Below are positions 63,548 through 64,000 of a DNA stretch of 64,000 nt, piece by piece. The stretch is taken from positions 18,432 to 82,431 of the IMG/VR virus record IMGVR_UViG_3300032330_001252; one strand, 5' to 3'. This DNA is from a virus (lineage: Duplodnaviria; Caudoviricetes). Numbering within the stretch: the stretch's first letter is position 1; the number at the start of each line of letters is the position of its first letter. The notes under the pieces were generated by a model. It saw only the letters and a program-made list of their open reading frames with translations. It made no database searches and was not told where the DNA came from. Made by a program: the position numbers and the translations under genes.

Positions 63548-64000
63548 TTAAACGGCTTCCCGTTCCAAGGCTTGGATGTAGTCTACTACAGCTTCTGAGA
63601 ATCCATTGACCTCAGTCCAAGCGTTGTGGTTTACTCCATTTTCGTAGGAGGCTACATTTACAACATAGCCTTTGCCTCGTGGAGCATCTGGGCGATCATA
63701 GCTTTGTTCGTCAGTGAACACAATACAACGATCATAACTGCCGTTAGCGTTGACTGTTCGCATAGCGTTACCCAACTGAGTACCGCCATGATGCTGACTA
63801 TTAGAGATTGCTTCGCGGAGAGCAAATCCACGACGAGGTGCTACACGCACAGCATTATTACTAAAACTATAAATCTCGACTTCCTCACAAACTTCTCGGC
63901 ACAACATAGCGAGTGCTGCTGCCGCATCGAAGCGATCTAGATCTGATTTTGAGGAGATTTTAGAACCGAACATAGAGCCACTAACGTCGATTACTAAAAC
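63548..64000 (-). CDS. TROVE-domain (Ro60/Rsr-like) protein, C-terminal vWA domain; 5'-truncated by the window edge
   Basis: Frame is open to base 64000: VLVIDVSGSM (MIDAS DxSxS)...GGT...IVFTDEQ...GYVVNVASYENGV...NGFSEAV. Confidence 0.85.
   Translation of the reverse strand, partial: VLVIDVSGSMFGSKISSKSDLDRFDAAAALAMLCREVCEEVEIYSFSNNAVRVAPRRGFALREAISNSQHHGGTQLGNAMRTVNANGSYDRCIVFTDEQSYDRPDAPRGKGYVVNVASYENGVNHNAWTEVNGFSEAVVDYIQALEREAV

Noticed and set aside
1-64000. Numerous antisense or alternative-frame ORFs in the supplied track (e.g. 1971-2279, 10091-10516, 28265-28552, 38113-38421, 47229-47633, 63101-63283, 63626-63940)
   Set aside because: They lie wholly within well-supported genes or tRNAs, lack an RBS and motifs, and are explained as shadows of biased codon usage.
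1-64000. CRISPR array, integrase or transposase
   Set aside because: No repeat-spacer pattern or recombinase/transposase motifs seen; all repeats are coding repeats or hairpins.

Overview
This window is a fragment of a large lytic, T5-like (Demerecviridae-like) siphophage genome, low in GC and probably infecting a Gram-negative host. From 1 to 34.7 kb (+ strand) it holds the tape measure, a lambda-style tail tip with a fused NlpC/P60-gpI-gpJ protein, a promoter-driven ~23 kb accessory block (an acidic repeat protein, three paralogous fibres, spanins plus GH19 endolysin, and a cassette of exported and low-complexity proteins) and phoH. From 34.7 to 64 kb (- strand) it holds a collagen/Gly-Gln cassette, a class II ribonucleotide reductase, the T5-syntenic replication block (dut, D15, D14, D13, D12, D11, D10, pol, primase, helicase, D5, split NAD ligase, PC4, D3) and an RNA island. 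The island has 14 tRNAs, a circularly permuted two-piece tmRNA (tag ANDSVYALAA) directly upstream of a ClpP-like gene, and the 3' end of a TROVE/Ro60 gene followed by Y-RNA-like hairpins. The most striking pattern: two CDSs, including the ClpP-like gene, have their stop codons inside the downstream tRNA. tRNA 5' maturation would therefore create non-stop mRNAs, the substrate of the neighbouring tmRNA, which suggests a phage-encoded tRNA-processing/trans-translation/proteolysis circuit (hypothesis). All calls come from reading motifs and synteny by eye; no database search was run.
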